Part shown: one piece after another, positions 10,778 to 21,375 of the stretch
Position numbering within the stretch: the first letter of the stretch is position 1
Layout: every line of letters starts with the position of its first letter
Assembly: GCF_004010195.1 (NCBI RefSeq)
Contig: NC_057720.1
Location: 9,556,244 to 9,614,605, forward strand
Direction: 5' to 3'
Length of the DNA: 58,362 bases
Source of the DNA: Chiloscyllium plagiosum
Taxonomy: Eukaryota
Translations under genes and position numbers: made by a program
Notes under the pieces: model-generated
What the model was told of the DNA's origin: nothing
Database searches by the model: none
What the model saw: only the letters and a program-made list of their open reading frames with translations

Positions 10778-10811
10778 TTCCTGAAGAAGGGCCTGTGCCC
10801 GAAACGTCGAA
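10778..10811 (+). ncRNA. Minimal hammerhead ribozyme motif at start of PLE terminus 10778-10906
   Basis: ttc-CUGAAGA-a-GGGC-cugu-GCCC-GAAACGUC-gaa; stem I uuc/gaa, palindromic ACGU in place of helix III; predicted cut after 10808. Confidence 0.75.
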
Positions 10812-11244
10812 TCTCCTGTTCCCTGGATGCTGCCTGACCTGCTGTGCTGTTCCAGCAATAAAGTTTCAACTTTGATCTCCAGCATCTGCAGACCTCACTT
10901 TCTCCTTAAAAAAAAATTATGCCATTACGACTGTAAAAAAGCATGCTGAAGACCAAGACATACACCGCTTAAAGGGGATTAAGTGTGCAATGTAATTGGA
11001 CATTAATGAGGTACAATTCACTAAGTGATCATGTTTGTTATTGCAGTCGGTGCTGACTAGTACAAGTTATAACCTGACACCAGTTAGAGGTGATTAAGTA
11101 TACAAGGGAATTGTGGCTTAATAAGATGTCGGCACTGTGTGAACACCTGTTTCTGCCCAAAATTCATGCTGCGAGCAGCAATTTAGTAATTGACTAGTTT
11201 GTGTATCATATCCAATTTTAACCACTGTCTGAATTAAACAAGGG

Positions 11245-11323
11245 GCTTGTGTGGTGCAGTGGTCGTGTCCCTACCCCGCCTTCAAACCTGTCTCTGAACC
11301 AGGGTGATTAAAAAATATCGAAG
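11245..11323 (+). mobile_element. Very short tRNA-derived SINE remnant with 11-bp TSD
   Basis: A-box-like tggtgcagtgg; ttaaacaaggg at 11234-11244 and 11324-11334. Confidence 0.6.
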
Positions 11324-11659
11324 TTAAACAAGGGTAGTTTCATGTTAGATATTATATTTCATTGCAAGGTATTTCTGCTGCTTGCTCTGCCATTCAGTTA
11401 GATTTATATTCCATAATCAGTGCTAACCCAGTTTAGCAAATATCTATTGATATCCACCTTGAAATTATCAGTTGTCTCCAGACTTTTGCCAACGCCCAGA
11501 TCTCGATGACATCTGTGTTAAGGTGTGCCATTAAAACTCGAACATTAACATGAATTCACTGCCTCTGAAAGGATATTGGATACATTGAGAATGTAAGAAG
11601 CATCATATAATTACAAGGTCCTCAGGTTATAACTTTGTACTGGTCATGCAATGCACTGG

Positions 11660-11850
11660 ACATGAAATGTGCACTGTGTTTTCTCTCTCCACAGACACTG
11701 CCTCTGATGCTGCCTGAACTGCTGTGCTTTTCCAGCACCACTCTCATCCAGAATCTGGTTTCCAGCATCTGCAGTCATTGTTTTTACCACAGACACTGCC
11801 AGACCTGCTGAGTTTCTCCAGCACTTTCTGGCTTTATTTCAGATTTCCAT
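11660..11850 (+). mobile_element. PLE terminus (family 3) with a second PLE tail nested at 11703-11786
   Basis: TSD ccacagacactgcc at 11689-11702 and 11787-10800 corrected: 11787-11800. Confidence 0.8.
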
Positions 11851-12683
11851 TATTTCAGATTTCCATTATTTCACTTTTATGCAAATAGATCATCCCCTTT
11901 TTAGTAGAGCAAAGCATGTTATTCAACATCATATTTTCTGTTCTTCTAAGCTGTGCAATCGGTTCCTGGCCTGTCAGTCGGTGCACAATGAAGCTAATCA
12001 CAACAGGAATGTATGTTGTGTGGTCCACAGCTTGTTCAAATGCATAAATTTAATTCCGTGTTAATTCATGTGCAACGTGAAGGCAAATTCCAGGCTTAAC
12101 AACAACCAGGCAAGTTTACAGCACCAGAAGTTGTCCATTTGCTTCACACTCCCTCTGCCAACTCTCTGCTCGACCAACTCCCCAGACTAAGAGACAGCAG
12201 CCAATTCACTCGTCATTCTGCCCCCTGTGCACTGCAAAAATAGGTTTTGTACAGTATTAATGGTTATGAATCATGCAGATTAATGCTATTTTTCTGTTGA
12301 CAAAATAGGGACCATCTTAAACAGGGGCTGCAGAGATCAGCACATTTATTTGAACAAGCAACAGCAGCACCGACTTATAAATAACAAACAAAAGTTTTCA
12401 AAGGCAACAGTTTCTCATGTTCAAGTGCTCGATGCCTTATTACCAGTAATGGTTACGTTTCCATCTTGTAGTGTCATTTATACAGGGATAATCATAAAAG
12501 TAGTTACAGCAACGCTGAGGCCATCTGCTTTGTCTTTGAGATTCCTTCTGTGTTTGCCGATTAAGAGAATGCAAATACACAAGCTGTCGACATTTAGTTT
12601 AAAAAGCAAGAGAAAGGGTTTTCAGATCGCGCTTCAGTGAGTCCACTGTTGCCTTGCCATAGACAGTTCTTCCTCCTGAGTTG

Positions 12684-14270
12684 ACAGTGTGGTGCTGGAA
12701 AAGCACAGCAGGTCAGGCAGCATCTGAGGAGCAGGAGTACTGCTGACTTCTCCAGCACCACACTCTCGACTCTGATCTCCAGCATCTGCAGTGCTCACTT
12801 TGTCCGAGTTGATTTTAATAGGTATGCAAACACCAAGTGTCACTACGTACTGAGGTTCTACCTGTCCCCGGTGTTGCGAAGGATGGGCCTGGCCTCGCTG
12901 CCGCGGAACGCTCCGGGTAGTCGGACCGTTCCGTATCACCTGTCCTTCGTGGAGAAATTTATGAAGAAAAACACCTTTGACCACAAGTCCATCAGGAAGT
13001 GGTCAGCACGTAGTGTCCTTGAGACTCTTCGGGAAAAGGAGAGGGCGGATCCTATCGAGCGGTTCCCTGAGCAGACTGTCAAAGCCATTTGGCAGAATGC
13101 CTCATCGCCAGAACTTTCCAACAAGCACCAAGACATGGCTTGGCTGGTGGTGAGAAGGGCTCTGCCTGTGAGATCCTTTATGCACGCCCGGACTCTCAGC
13201 CGCACCGCACTCTGCCCTCGAAGCGGCTGTGGGGGGGACGAGACAGTCACACACCTCCTTCTGGAATGTGCCAATGCAGAGGAAGTCTGGAGAGGAATGC
13301 AGTGGTGTTTGTCGAGGTTCGTCCCAAGCAGTGCCGTGACGCGGGACTCCGTGCTCTACGGCCTGTTCCCCAGGACGCACACCGAGACGAACATCAACTG
13401 TGCCTGGAGGATCATCAACTCGGTGAAGGACGCTCTCTGGGTGGTCTGAAACCTGCTGATCTTCCAGCTGAAGGAGTTGACCCCGACTGAGTGTTGCAGA
13501 CTGGCACATTCCAAGGTCCAGGACTACGTGTTGAGGGATGCGCTGAAGCTTGGGGCAGCTGCCGCCAAGGCGTGGTGGGGAAAGACCACTGTGTAAAGTC
13601 TGCCTGCCTAACGAAGAACAGGGGGCCCATGCAGTCATTTGGGCTCTGCTGACGCCTCAGCTAATTATATGGGCATATGATCAAAAAAATGTACAGACCT
13701 GTATAAAAATGATAAGTTTTGATCTCTGTATGTAAATGTTTACATACGTATGGCATGACCAATTGTACAGACCATCAAATTATTTATGAATAAAGTATAT
13801 TTTTGAAAAAAAAATTTAATATTACTGCAAAGCGTCTTCTAAGGATGCCTCCCTTCAAGAAGTTCTCCTCTCTCAACAAGGATCTCAATGAGTCCTTTTC
13901 TCTCTCTCTCGCTCTCTCTTACACACACACTGCACCCCCCCAGTTCAAAGATTCTCTTGCTCCTCAGATGTTGCCTGACCAGCTGTGCTTTTCCAGCACC
14001 ACACTCTCGACTCTGATCTCCAGCATCTGCAGTGCTCATTTTGTCATAGTTGATTTTAACCTTACTGCAAAGCCTCTTCTAAGGATGCCTCCCTTGAAGA
14101 AGTTCTCCTCCTCTCTCAACAAGGATCTTAATAAGTCTCTCTCTCACTGCACCTCCCCCACCCCAGTCAAAGATTCTCCTGTTCCTCGGATGCTGCCTGA
14201 CCTGCTGTGCTTTTGCAGCACCACACTCTCAACTCTGATCTCCAGCACCTGCAGTCCTCACTTTCTCTCA
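12684..14270 (+). mobile_element. PLE terminus cluster: short inverted arm then head-to-tail ~230-bp units, interrupted by Tx1
   Basis: Tail + ttactgcaaagc..aggatgcctccctt unit at 12745-12820/13815-13949, 13950-14171 and 14172-14270. Confidence 0.85.
12821..13814 (+). mobile_element. Tx1-clade (L1 group) LINE, 5'-truncated, young
   Basis: ORF 12871-13449 with zf-RVT-type WLVVRRALPV..CPRSGCGGDETVTHLLLEC; aataaa + A tail; TSD tttaata at 12814-12820 and 13815-13821; CpG-rich. Confidence 0.88.
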
Positions 14271-14440
14271 GTTCTTTCTCCTGAATCTGCCCTCCACTTG
14301 TACTTTGAATGACAGAATACTGCGATGTGCTCGAGTGAACTCTTGTGCAACCAGAGTGTCTCCCATCCAGGTCACCACTTCACAGAGAAAATTCCCATCA
14401 ATCCAATTATGCCTGCACAAGTGTCACTAGGTTTGTTGAA

Positions 14441-14643
14441 CAGGTCGTTCTGCTATAACCCGCTTTTCCGCAATGTGAATTTGCTGTGAGGCGATTGACA
14501 AATTGAGGGCTCTATTTGCAATGCGCGAAGTTTTAACACGATCACTGCACAACCACTGAAAGCCCTGTTTCTAAAGTGCGCTTTTTCGATAACACAAGGA
14601 TGTACAAGAACACGACCATCAGGTTGTAGATGAATTGGCAGTA
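14441..14643. mobile_element. Possible degenerate Tc1/mariner (Tigger/MER6-like) MITE
   Basis: Left caggtcgttctgctataac vs right gttgtagatgaattggcag + ta; weak TIR match. Confidence 0.4.
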
Positions 14644-14984
14644 TAGTGAGTCAGAATTGAAGATTTTTGCAGGGAGCTTTCTGTGGGTGGTTTACATTTG
14701 CTCAATTAAATTCAGTGCTATTTCCGAATTCAGCCTGTGCGGTAGATTTAATTGAATGCATAAGTGGCTTGTTTGCATTTCAGTAAGATGGAAAAGAAAA
14801 AAAAGTAAAGATCAAAGTTGTCAGTGCTCTGAGAATTCAGTATATCTACCTTGCTTCATTTTGGTGAAAAGTGAAATAATCCTGCTCTTTTTTCCAGGTT
14901 CCTGGCAGAGTTTTTCATGGAGCTTCCTGACCAGGTAATGAACAATGCTAGCCCAGCCTAGCACACTGACATGGTGGCTACCAC

Positions 14985-15118
14985 ATTCCTGATGAAGAAG
15001 GGCTTTTGCCTGAAACGTCGATTCTCCTGCTCCTAGGATGCTGCCTGACCTGCTGTGCTTTTCCAGCGCCACACTCTCGACTCTGATCTCCAGCATCTGC
15101 AGTCCCCACTTTCTCCTA
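14985..15118 (+). mobile_element. PLE terminus (family 1)
   Basis: cctgatgaagaagggcttttgcctgaaacgtcgattctcc..cactttctcc. Confidence 0.88.
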
Positions 15119-15249
15119 CCATTAGCACCTCAGGCAAATGGTACGGTGCAGTGAGTTATGCTGTGTTCTGCCTGGGTTATGAAATTGAGATGGAAAATGG
15201 CAAATCACTTGCTCCCTGAAATAGCCTAAAAAGCACGAGGAAAGAGAGT

Positions 15250-15572
15250 AGAATTCCTATGGTGTAGAAGCAGGCCTTTTGGCCCAACAAACCCACACCA
15301 ATTCTCCAAAGAGAACCCACCCAGATCTATCCTTGTAACCCCTTATTTCCCATGTCTAACATACATATCCCTGGATGCTATGGGCAATTTAGCAAGGCCT
15401 ATCCACCCAACCTGCACATCTTTGGACTCTAGCAGGAGCTGGAAATACTCAGAGGAAACCCACACAGACACGCGGTGAATATGCAAACTCCACACAGACA
15501 GTCGCCCAAGGCTGGAATCGAACCTAGGTCCCTGGTGCTGTGAGGCAGCTGTGCTAACCACTGAGCCACCAT
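15250..15572 (-). mobile_element. HE1-like V-SINE
   Basis: Head, V-domain and tail as in other copies. Confidence 0.88.
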
Positions 15573-15669
15573 GCAAAGTATTTTTTAAGGTACACGAGAA
15601 AGGAAGCAAATTGGGAAGGAACGGACAATTGTTGAAACTCTGTGGGCTTCTAAAAGCATCTCAGCTCAG

Positions 15670-16050
15670 CCTGGTGACCTCCCAGACTGGCGTGGTGATC
15701 TTTTGGCCCATTGTGGCCTCAGCCTGGACTTCCAGTCTTGATTCTAGAGCAACTTCCCAGTCTCGAGAGCCTCAGTCTGGAGTCAAGGCCTGGCGTGGAC
15801 AGAAGGCCTGGTGCCGACATGGACTGGGTTGCAAGGACAGTTGTTCTGAACTTGTTATTTCTCTGTTTTCTAAATTATTCCTGCTATCTGCATGCTAAAG
15901 TTTTTACTAATTTTTCTTCCAAAATCTTGTTCGAAGAAACTGTGCCTCGGTACCTTGTGCCTAAAATGGTGCCGTAAGTTCCAACTTGTGAACTTTTCAC
16001 TGTACATATTTGAGTACATGAGACAATAAAACTAATTCATATTTTAATTC
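15670..16050 (+). mobile_element. Non-autonomous element 3' part with Rex1/Babar-type tail
   Basis: catggactgggttg..ggtaccttgtgcctaaaatggtgcc..ttttcactgtac..gtacatgagacaataaa; homologous to 32445-33030. Confidence 0.7.
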
Positions 16051-16084
16051 AAGTTACAACAATTCAAGGTTGAGAAAAAAAAGG

Positions 16085-16935
16085 CTTGTACTTATCTCAC
16101 AACGTTTCACGACCAGCAGACATCCCAAAGCACTTTACAGTCAATGAAATAACTTGGAAGTGTAGTCACTGTTATAATGCAGGAAATGTGGCAGCCATTT
16201 TGTGCACAGCAAGAGCCCACAAAGAGCAATGTGACAATGACCAAGTAACCTGATGTTGCGATATTCATTGGGGGATAAATATTGACCAGGAACTGAAGGA
16301 TAACTCCCAAGCTCGTCTTCACAATGGTGTCATGGGACTTTTCCATCCAGCCAAGTGCAAGGCAGAGTTTAACATCCAACCTAAAAGCTATGTTGTGGAG
16401 ATCATAGAGTCATAAAGATGAACAGCATGGAAACAGACCCTTCGGTCCAACTCATCCATGCTGGCCAGACATCCCAATCTAATCTAGTCCCATTTCCCAG
16501 CACTTGGCCCATATCCCTCTCAACCCTTCCTACTCATATACCCATCCTGATGTCTTTTAAATAATGCAATTGTACCAGCCTCCACCACTTCCTTGCCAGT
16601 GATGAACTGAGGTGGGCAAAGTCAAAGTCACACAACACCAGGTTTTGTCCCACAGGTTTATTTGAAATCACAAGCTTTTGGAGCGCTGCTCCTATGTCAG
16701 GTAAAATACTTCATTTGATGAAAGAACAGTGGTCCAAAAGCTTGTGATTTCAAAAAAGTCTGTTGGAGTATAACCTGGTGTCATGTAACATCTGACTTTT
16801 TACCTGAAAGTCAACACCTCCAACAGTGTGGCACTCTGACAGCACAGCAGTGGAATATCAATCATGATGTTTAGTCTTCCCGTCCTGGAGAGGGATTTGA
16901 ATTCAGAACTATCTAAGAGTCCCTATTAACCGAGC
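16085..16935 (-). mobile_element. Deu-domain SINE interrupted by CR1 tail (~16400-16600) and palindromic PLE family 2 (~16600-16800)
   Basis: cccaaagcactttacagtcaatgaa..gtgtagtcactgttataatg..gtcatgggac; head resumes cacctccaacagtgtggcact. Confidence 0.75.
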
Positions 16936-17239
16936 TACACGACAAGGAGTGGAAGTAACGCGGAACCTAAAAGGCCGACTATGTCCTGCATTCAAACCAT
17001 AAAGGACAGATTAGTGATGCCCAAAGTTGGATTACTTGCTGGCCAGACAGTCTGCACCATTATTGCTGTTTTCCTAATTTTAGAACCTGCTCAACTGTCC
17101 ACACAGGAAGCTCACAAAGTCTTGGCAAAAACAAAGCTAAGAATTTATGAAGCAATGACTATCCCCATAGAATTCTCTTGAACTGAATGCTGGAATATGA
17201 GAGTAGCTGATTGGAAAATCTACAAACAACAAAGTCAAA

Positions 17240-17800
17240 AAAGATACAGTCATCATACAAGCAATTAGCTTGACAGGTCTTGAGCAGCTGTACAAGGCGT
17301 TGGTACATGCAGTTTTGGTCACCCTGCTTTAGAAAGGATATTATTAAACTAGAGTGCAGAAAGGATTTACTGGACTGCTACCTGAACTGGAAGGTTTGAG
17401 TTATAAAGTTGATGCAGGATAGACTGGAACTTTTTTCCCTAGAGCAGAGGAGACTGACGGGTGACTTTACAGAGGTTTATAAAATCAGGAGAGGCATCAA
17501 TAAGGGAGATCGCCAACAGTTTTTCCCCATGGTAGGGGATTCTAAAATTAGAGGGCACAGTTTTAAGCTAACAGGGGAGAGGTATAGAAGGACAATGTTT
17601 TCACACAGAGGGTGGTGAGGGTCTGGAACAAATACAATTTTATCACTTAAGAAACATTCGAACAAGTACATGGATGGGATAGATATGCAGGGATATGTAC
17701 CAAACGCAGGCAAATGGGATTAAGCTAATTGTGAAGACTGAGCTGCATGGACAAATTGGGCCGAAGGGTCTGGTTCCATGCTGTAAACCTCTGGGAATGT
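17240..17800 (+). mobile_element. CR1 3' fragment
   Basis: RLELFSLEQRRLTGDFTEVYKI. Confidence 0.85.
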
Positions 17801-19004
17801 ATGGCAGAAGATCCAAGAGAGATAACTATAATGGACTGGGTTTATTTCAGGAATGAAAACAGCTGGAATTCCTTTAGGAGCCCTCATATGGAGGTGCATA
17901 AAACAAGATTTGGATAGACAATATCGAGAACATCTTGCTTCTGGAAGGAAGAAAGATGATCAAAGCTGCCCTGTCAGTTCAGAACCAACAACGTGGAATG
18001 AGGCAGCAATGTGGAGCTGATAAATGGGAATTTAATCATGAATAATTCTTTACTGGTGTTAATTCCCTCTCTGCATTCCCCTTCCTCAACCAGTCACATA
18101 TTCCCTACTTTAGTCGGTCTTTGATTTTTCTCATAATACCTGCTATTGTCCCACATTGCTATCCCTTAACAATCGTCTGTTTTCCATTCAGCCAATGTGG
18201 TAGCCGTTATTTCTTGAGTATTGCTTGCATCTGTTTCCTTGTCTTTTGCTTTCCCCCCAGGTTTGACTAAAGTGTCCATGCAGAAACACAAGCTTATCAT
18301 TTCTCTGCGCAGGTACTGACTGGCTTGTTGAGATCTCCTGTGGTTTCCATTTGCTGAATATTTCCGGTAGTTGCGGTTTACGTGTTATTAATGAAGGGCA
18401 GCTCTGCAGTTTTGAGCTTAGAGGAACAGAAGAGAGAAATGATAGATACCATCGGGTGGCGTTTTAATCTGCATCGCCTGTGAAGTGACTCTCCCTGCTT
18501 AAATCGAAATGGGGACGACTGAAAATCCTCAGTGGATTGGACACTCAAGGAACCAATATTTCTCAGAAAGGTACATGAGAGGCAAAATCCATTTAGCATA
18601 TCAAGGTCTGTCCAGATTTAGATTTAGATTTTTTTATTGTCACATGAGCTCAGGGATGGGTTCCAAGAGTACAGTGAAAAGTACACAAAGTAACCACATG
18701 GAGCTATTTCAGGTACAAAGCACCCAGGTACAAAATCCTAGTTACAGAAATAGAAACGTTAAAAACAAAAGTTCTGAAGTTCTGCACTGCAGTATTCTTC
18801 ACGTAAAAGTAAAACATAAGGAATTACCATTAAAATGTCAATCATTACAGACCTTTCTTAAGCCCTAAGCCTGCACATGCTCCAAGGTGGGCTTCCCCAA
18901 AAGGACTCGCTCTGCCCCTGCACTGGGATGAGAATTGTCTGGGCACGTCAGGCTTTGGCCTCAACAGCAACAGCATAGCCACTTACCGCCACTGGGGGGC
19001 AGCA

Positions 19005-20470
19005 CCATTGCTCGCCACCTCCACTCCATTGCTGACCACTGCTACTCCATTGCTGACCACTGCCACTCCATAATTGATCACTGCCATCCCATTACTGACC
19101 ATTGCCATCCCATTGCTGACCACTGCCATCCCATTGCTGACCACTGCCACTTCATCCATCACCACTGCCAGCCCATCACTGACCACTGCCATCCCATCGC
19201 TGACCCCTGCCACTCCATCGCTGACCACTGCCACCACATCGCTGACCACTGCCACTCCATCCTCACCACAGCTGCCACCCCATCGCTAACCACTGCCACT
19301 CCATCGCTGAGCACTGCCACATAACTGACCACTGCCATCCCATAACTGACCACTGCCATCCCATAACTGACCACTGCCATCCCATAACTGACCACTGCCA
19401 TCCCATAACTGACCACTGCCATCCCATAACTGACCACTGCCACTCCATCGCTGACCACTGCCACTCCATTGCTAACCACTGCCACTCCATCACTGACCAC
19501 TGCCATCCCATAACTGACCACTGCCATCCCATAACTGACCACTGCCACTCCATCGCTGACCACTGCCATCCCATTACTGACCACTGCCACTCCATCCTCA
19601 GCACTACTGCCACTCCATTGCTGACCACTGCCACTCCATCTCTGACCACTGCCATCCCATAACTGACCACTGCCATCCCATAACTGACCACTGCCATCCC
19701 ATAACTGACCACTGCCATCCCATAACTGACCACTGCCATCCCATAACTGACCACTGCCATCCCATAACTGACCACTGCCATCCCATAACTGACCACTGCC
19801 ATCCCATAACTGACCACTGCCATCCCATAACTGACCACTGCCATCCCATAACTGACCACTGCCATCCCATAACTGACCACTGCCACTCCATCGCTGACCA
19901 CTGCCATCCCATTACTGACCACTGCCATCCCATTACTGACCACTGCCACTTCACCCATCACCACTGCCAGCCCATCACTGACCACTGCCTTCCCATCACT
20001 GACCACTGCCATCCCATTGCTGACCACTGCCATCCCATTGCTGACCACTGCCACTTCATCCATCACCACTGCCAGCCCATCACTGACCACTGCCTTCCCA
20101 TCACTGACCACTGCCATCCCATTGCTGACCACTGCCACTTCATCCATCACCACTGCCACTCCATCACTGACCACTGCCACTCCATTGCTGACCACTGCCA
20201 CTCCATCACTGACCACTGCCACCCCATTGCTGACCACTTCTACCACCATCACTGACCACTGCTGCCCAATCATCGACTCCTGGCACCCCATTACTGACCA
20301 ATGGCACCCCAACACTGACCACTACCACCCCATCACTGACCACTGCCACTCTATCACTGACCACTGCCACCCTATCACTGACCACTGCCACTCCATCGCT
20401 GACCACTGCCATCCCATCACTGACCACTGCCTCCCCATCACTGACCACTGCCTCTCCATTACTGACCACT
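19005..20470. repeat. 21-bp minisatellite, ~70 units
   Basis: Unit actgaccactgccatcccata; homogeneous blocks at 19320-19440 and 19645-19880. Confidence 0.97.
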
Positions 20471-20688
20471 GAGTGCCATGCCCCTCACCACTCTCCAGGT
20501 CAGTGCCAGGCCCACCCATTGCCATGCTCTCTCCACGGCCTCTAAAAGGAAAGTGAGAAACTAAAACCTATAACTGAGTCAAGAAAAAAAAGCAAAGCAA
20601 ATATGAAAGGAAGGAATAAAGGAACGCGGGCAGAATGGATGAGCTCCAGAGTCCGCACTGCTGCTTTTCTGGCAGTTTGAAAGAGTTG

Positions 20689-20783
20689 AAAATGTGTTGC
20701 TGCAAAAGCTCAGCAGGTCAGGCAGCATCCAGGGAACAGGAGAATCGACGTTTCAGGCATAAGCCCTTCTTCAGGAAGGAATC
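20689..20783 (-). mobile_element. Solo PLE terminus with 13-bp TSD
   Basis: tttgaaagagttg at 20676-20688 and 20784-20796. Confidence 0.85.
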
Positions 20784-20869
20784 TTTGAAAGAGTTGCCAT
20801 GTTTTGTCTGTATCCCTGTAAGTTCTTCATCCTCAAATTCCCGGCCCAACTCCTTCTAGTCTCATAAAG

Positions 20870-21120
20870 CAGGAAGAACGGCAGATGCTGGAAATCAGAA
20901 ACAACAGCAGAAATTCTGGGAAATGCTCAGCAGGTCGCGCAGTATCTGTGGAATGAAGTCAGAGTTAACCGTCTCCAGGTCTGGTCAGCCTTCCTCAGAA
21001 CGGAAGGCTCGCTACGATTCTGAGGAAGGGTCAGTTGACCCAAAACGTTAACTGCGACTCCTCTCCACAGATGCTGCCAGACCAGCTGGGCTTTTCCAGC
21101 AATTTCTGTTTTTGTCTCTT
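20870..21120. mobile_element. Palindromic PLE mini-element (family 3)
   Basis: ..ccttcctcagaa / ttctgaggaagggtcagttgacccaaaacgttaact.. Confidence 0.8.
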
Positions 21121-21164
21121 TTAGTATTATTTACAGACCAAGCTGTGACAATCTTCTGAGCTCT

Positions 21165-21375
21165 GTGACAAAGGTTGGTTACCTGGCGTGGGCGCTGGTT
21201 TGGGATACAGAGTGATGCCAACAGTATGGGTTTAATTCCTGCACAAGCTTCAGTGACCATGTAAGACCCTCCTTCTCAACCTCTCCCCTCACTTGAGGCG
21301 TGGTGACCCTCAGTTTTAGCCACCATCTATCTCTAAAGGGAGGGCAGCCCTATGATTATGGTAACTTTACCTTCC
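21165..21375 (+). mobile_element. tRNA-derived SINE (family C)
   Basis: agagtgatgccaacagtatgggtttaattcc..ccttctcaacctctcccctc..ggtgaccctc; related copies at 22960, 28875 and 57885. Confidence 0.7.

Larger units (their letters stand above)
18617..20805 (-). mobile_element. Putative full-length VNTR-carrying non-autonomous retroelement
   Basis: Minus order: aacatggc head, pyrimidine tract, 21-bp array, gtacctgggtgctttgtacc, ttttcactgtac..catgtgacaataaa(aatcta)n. Confidence 0.55.

Noticed and set aside
18261..18312. Possible exon with good acceptor and ag|gtact
   Set aside because: Lies within what looks like a very decayed PLE terminus; two of three frames closed.
19005..20470. CRISPR-like array or coding repeat (MAVVSYG / WQWSVMG ORFs)
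   Set aside because: Contiguous tandem units with no unique spacers; long ORFs follow trivially from a 21-bp unit; eukaryotic context.
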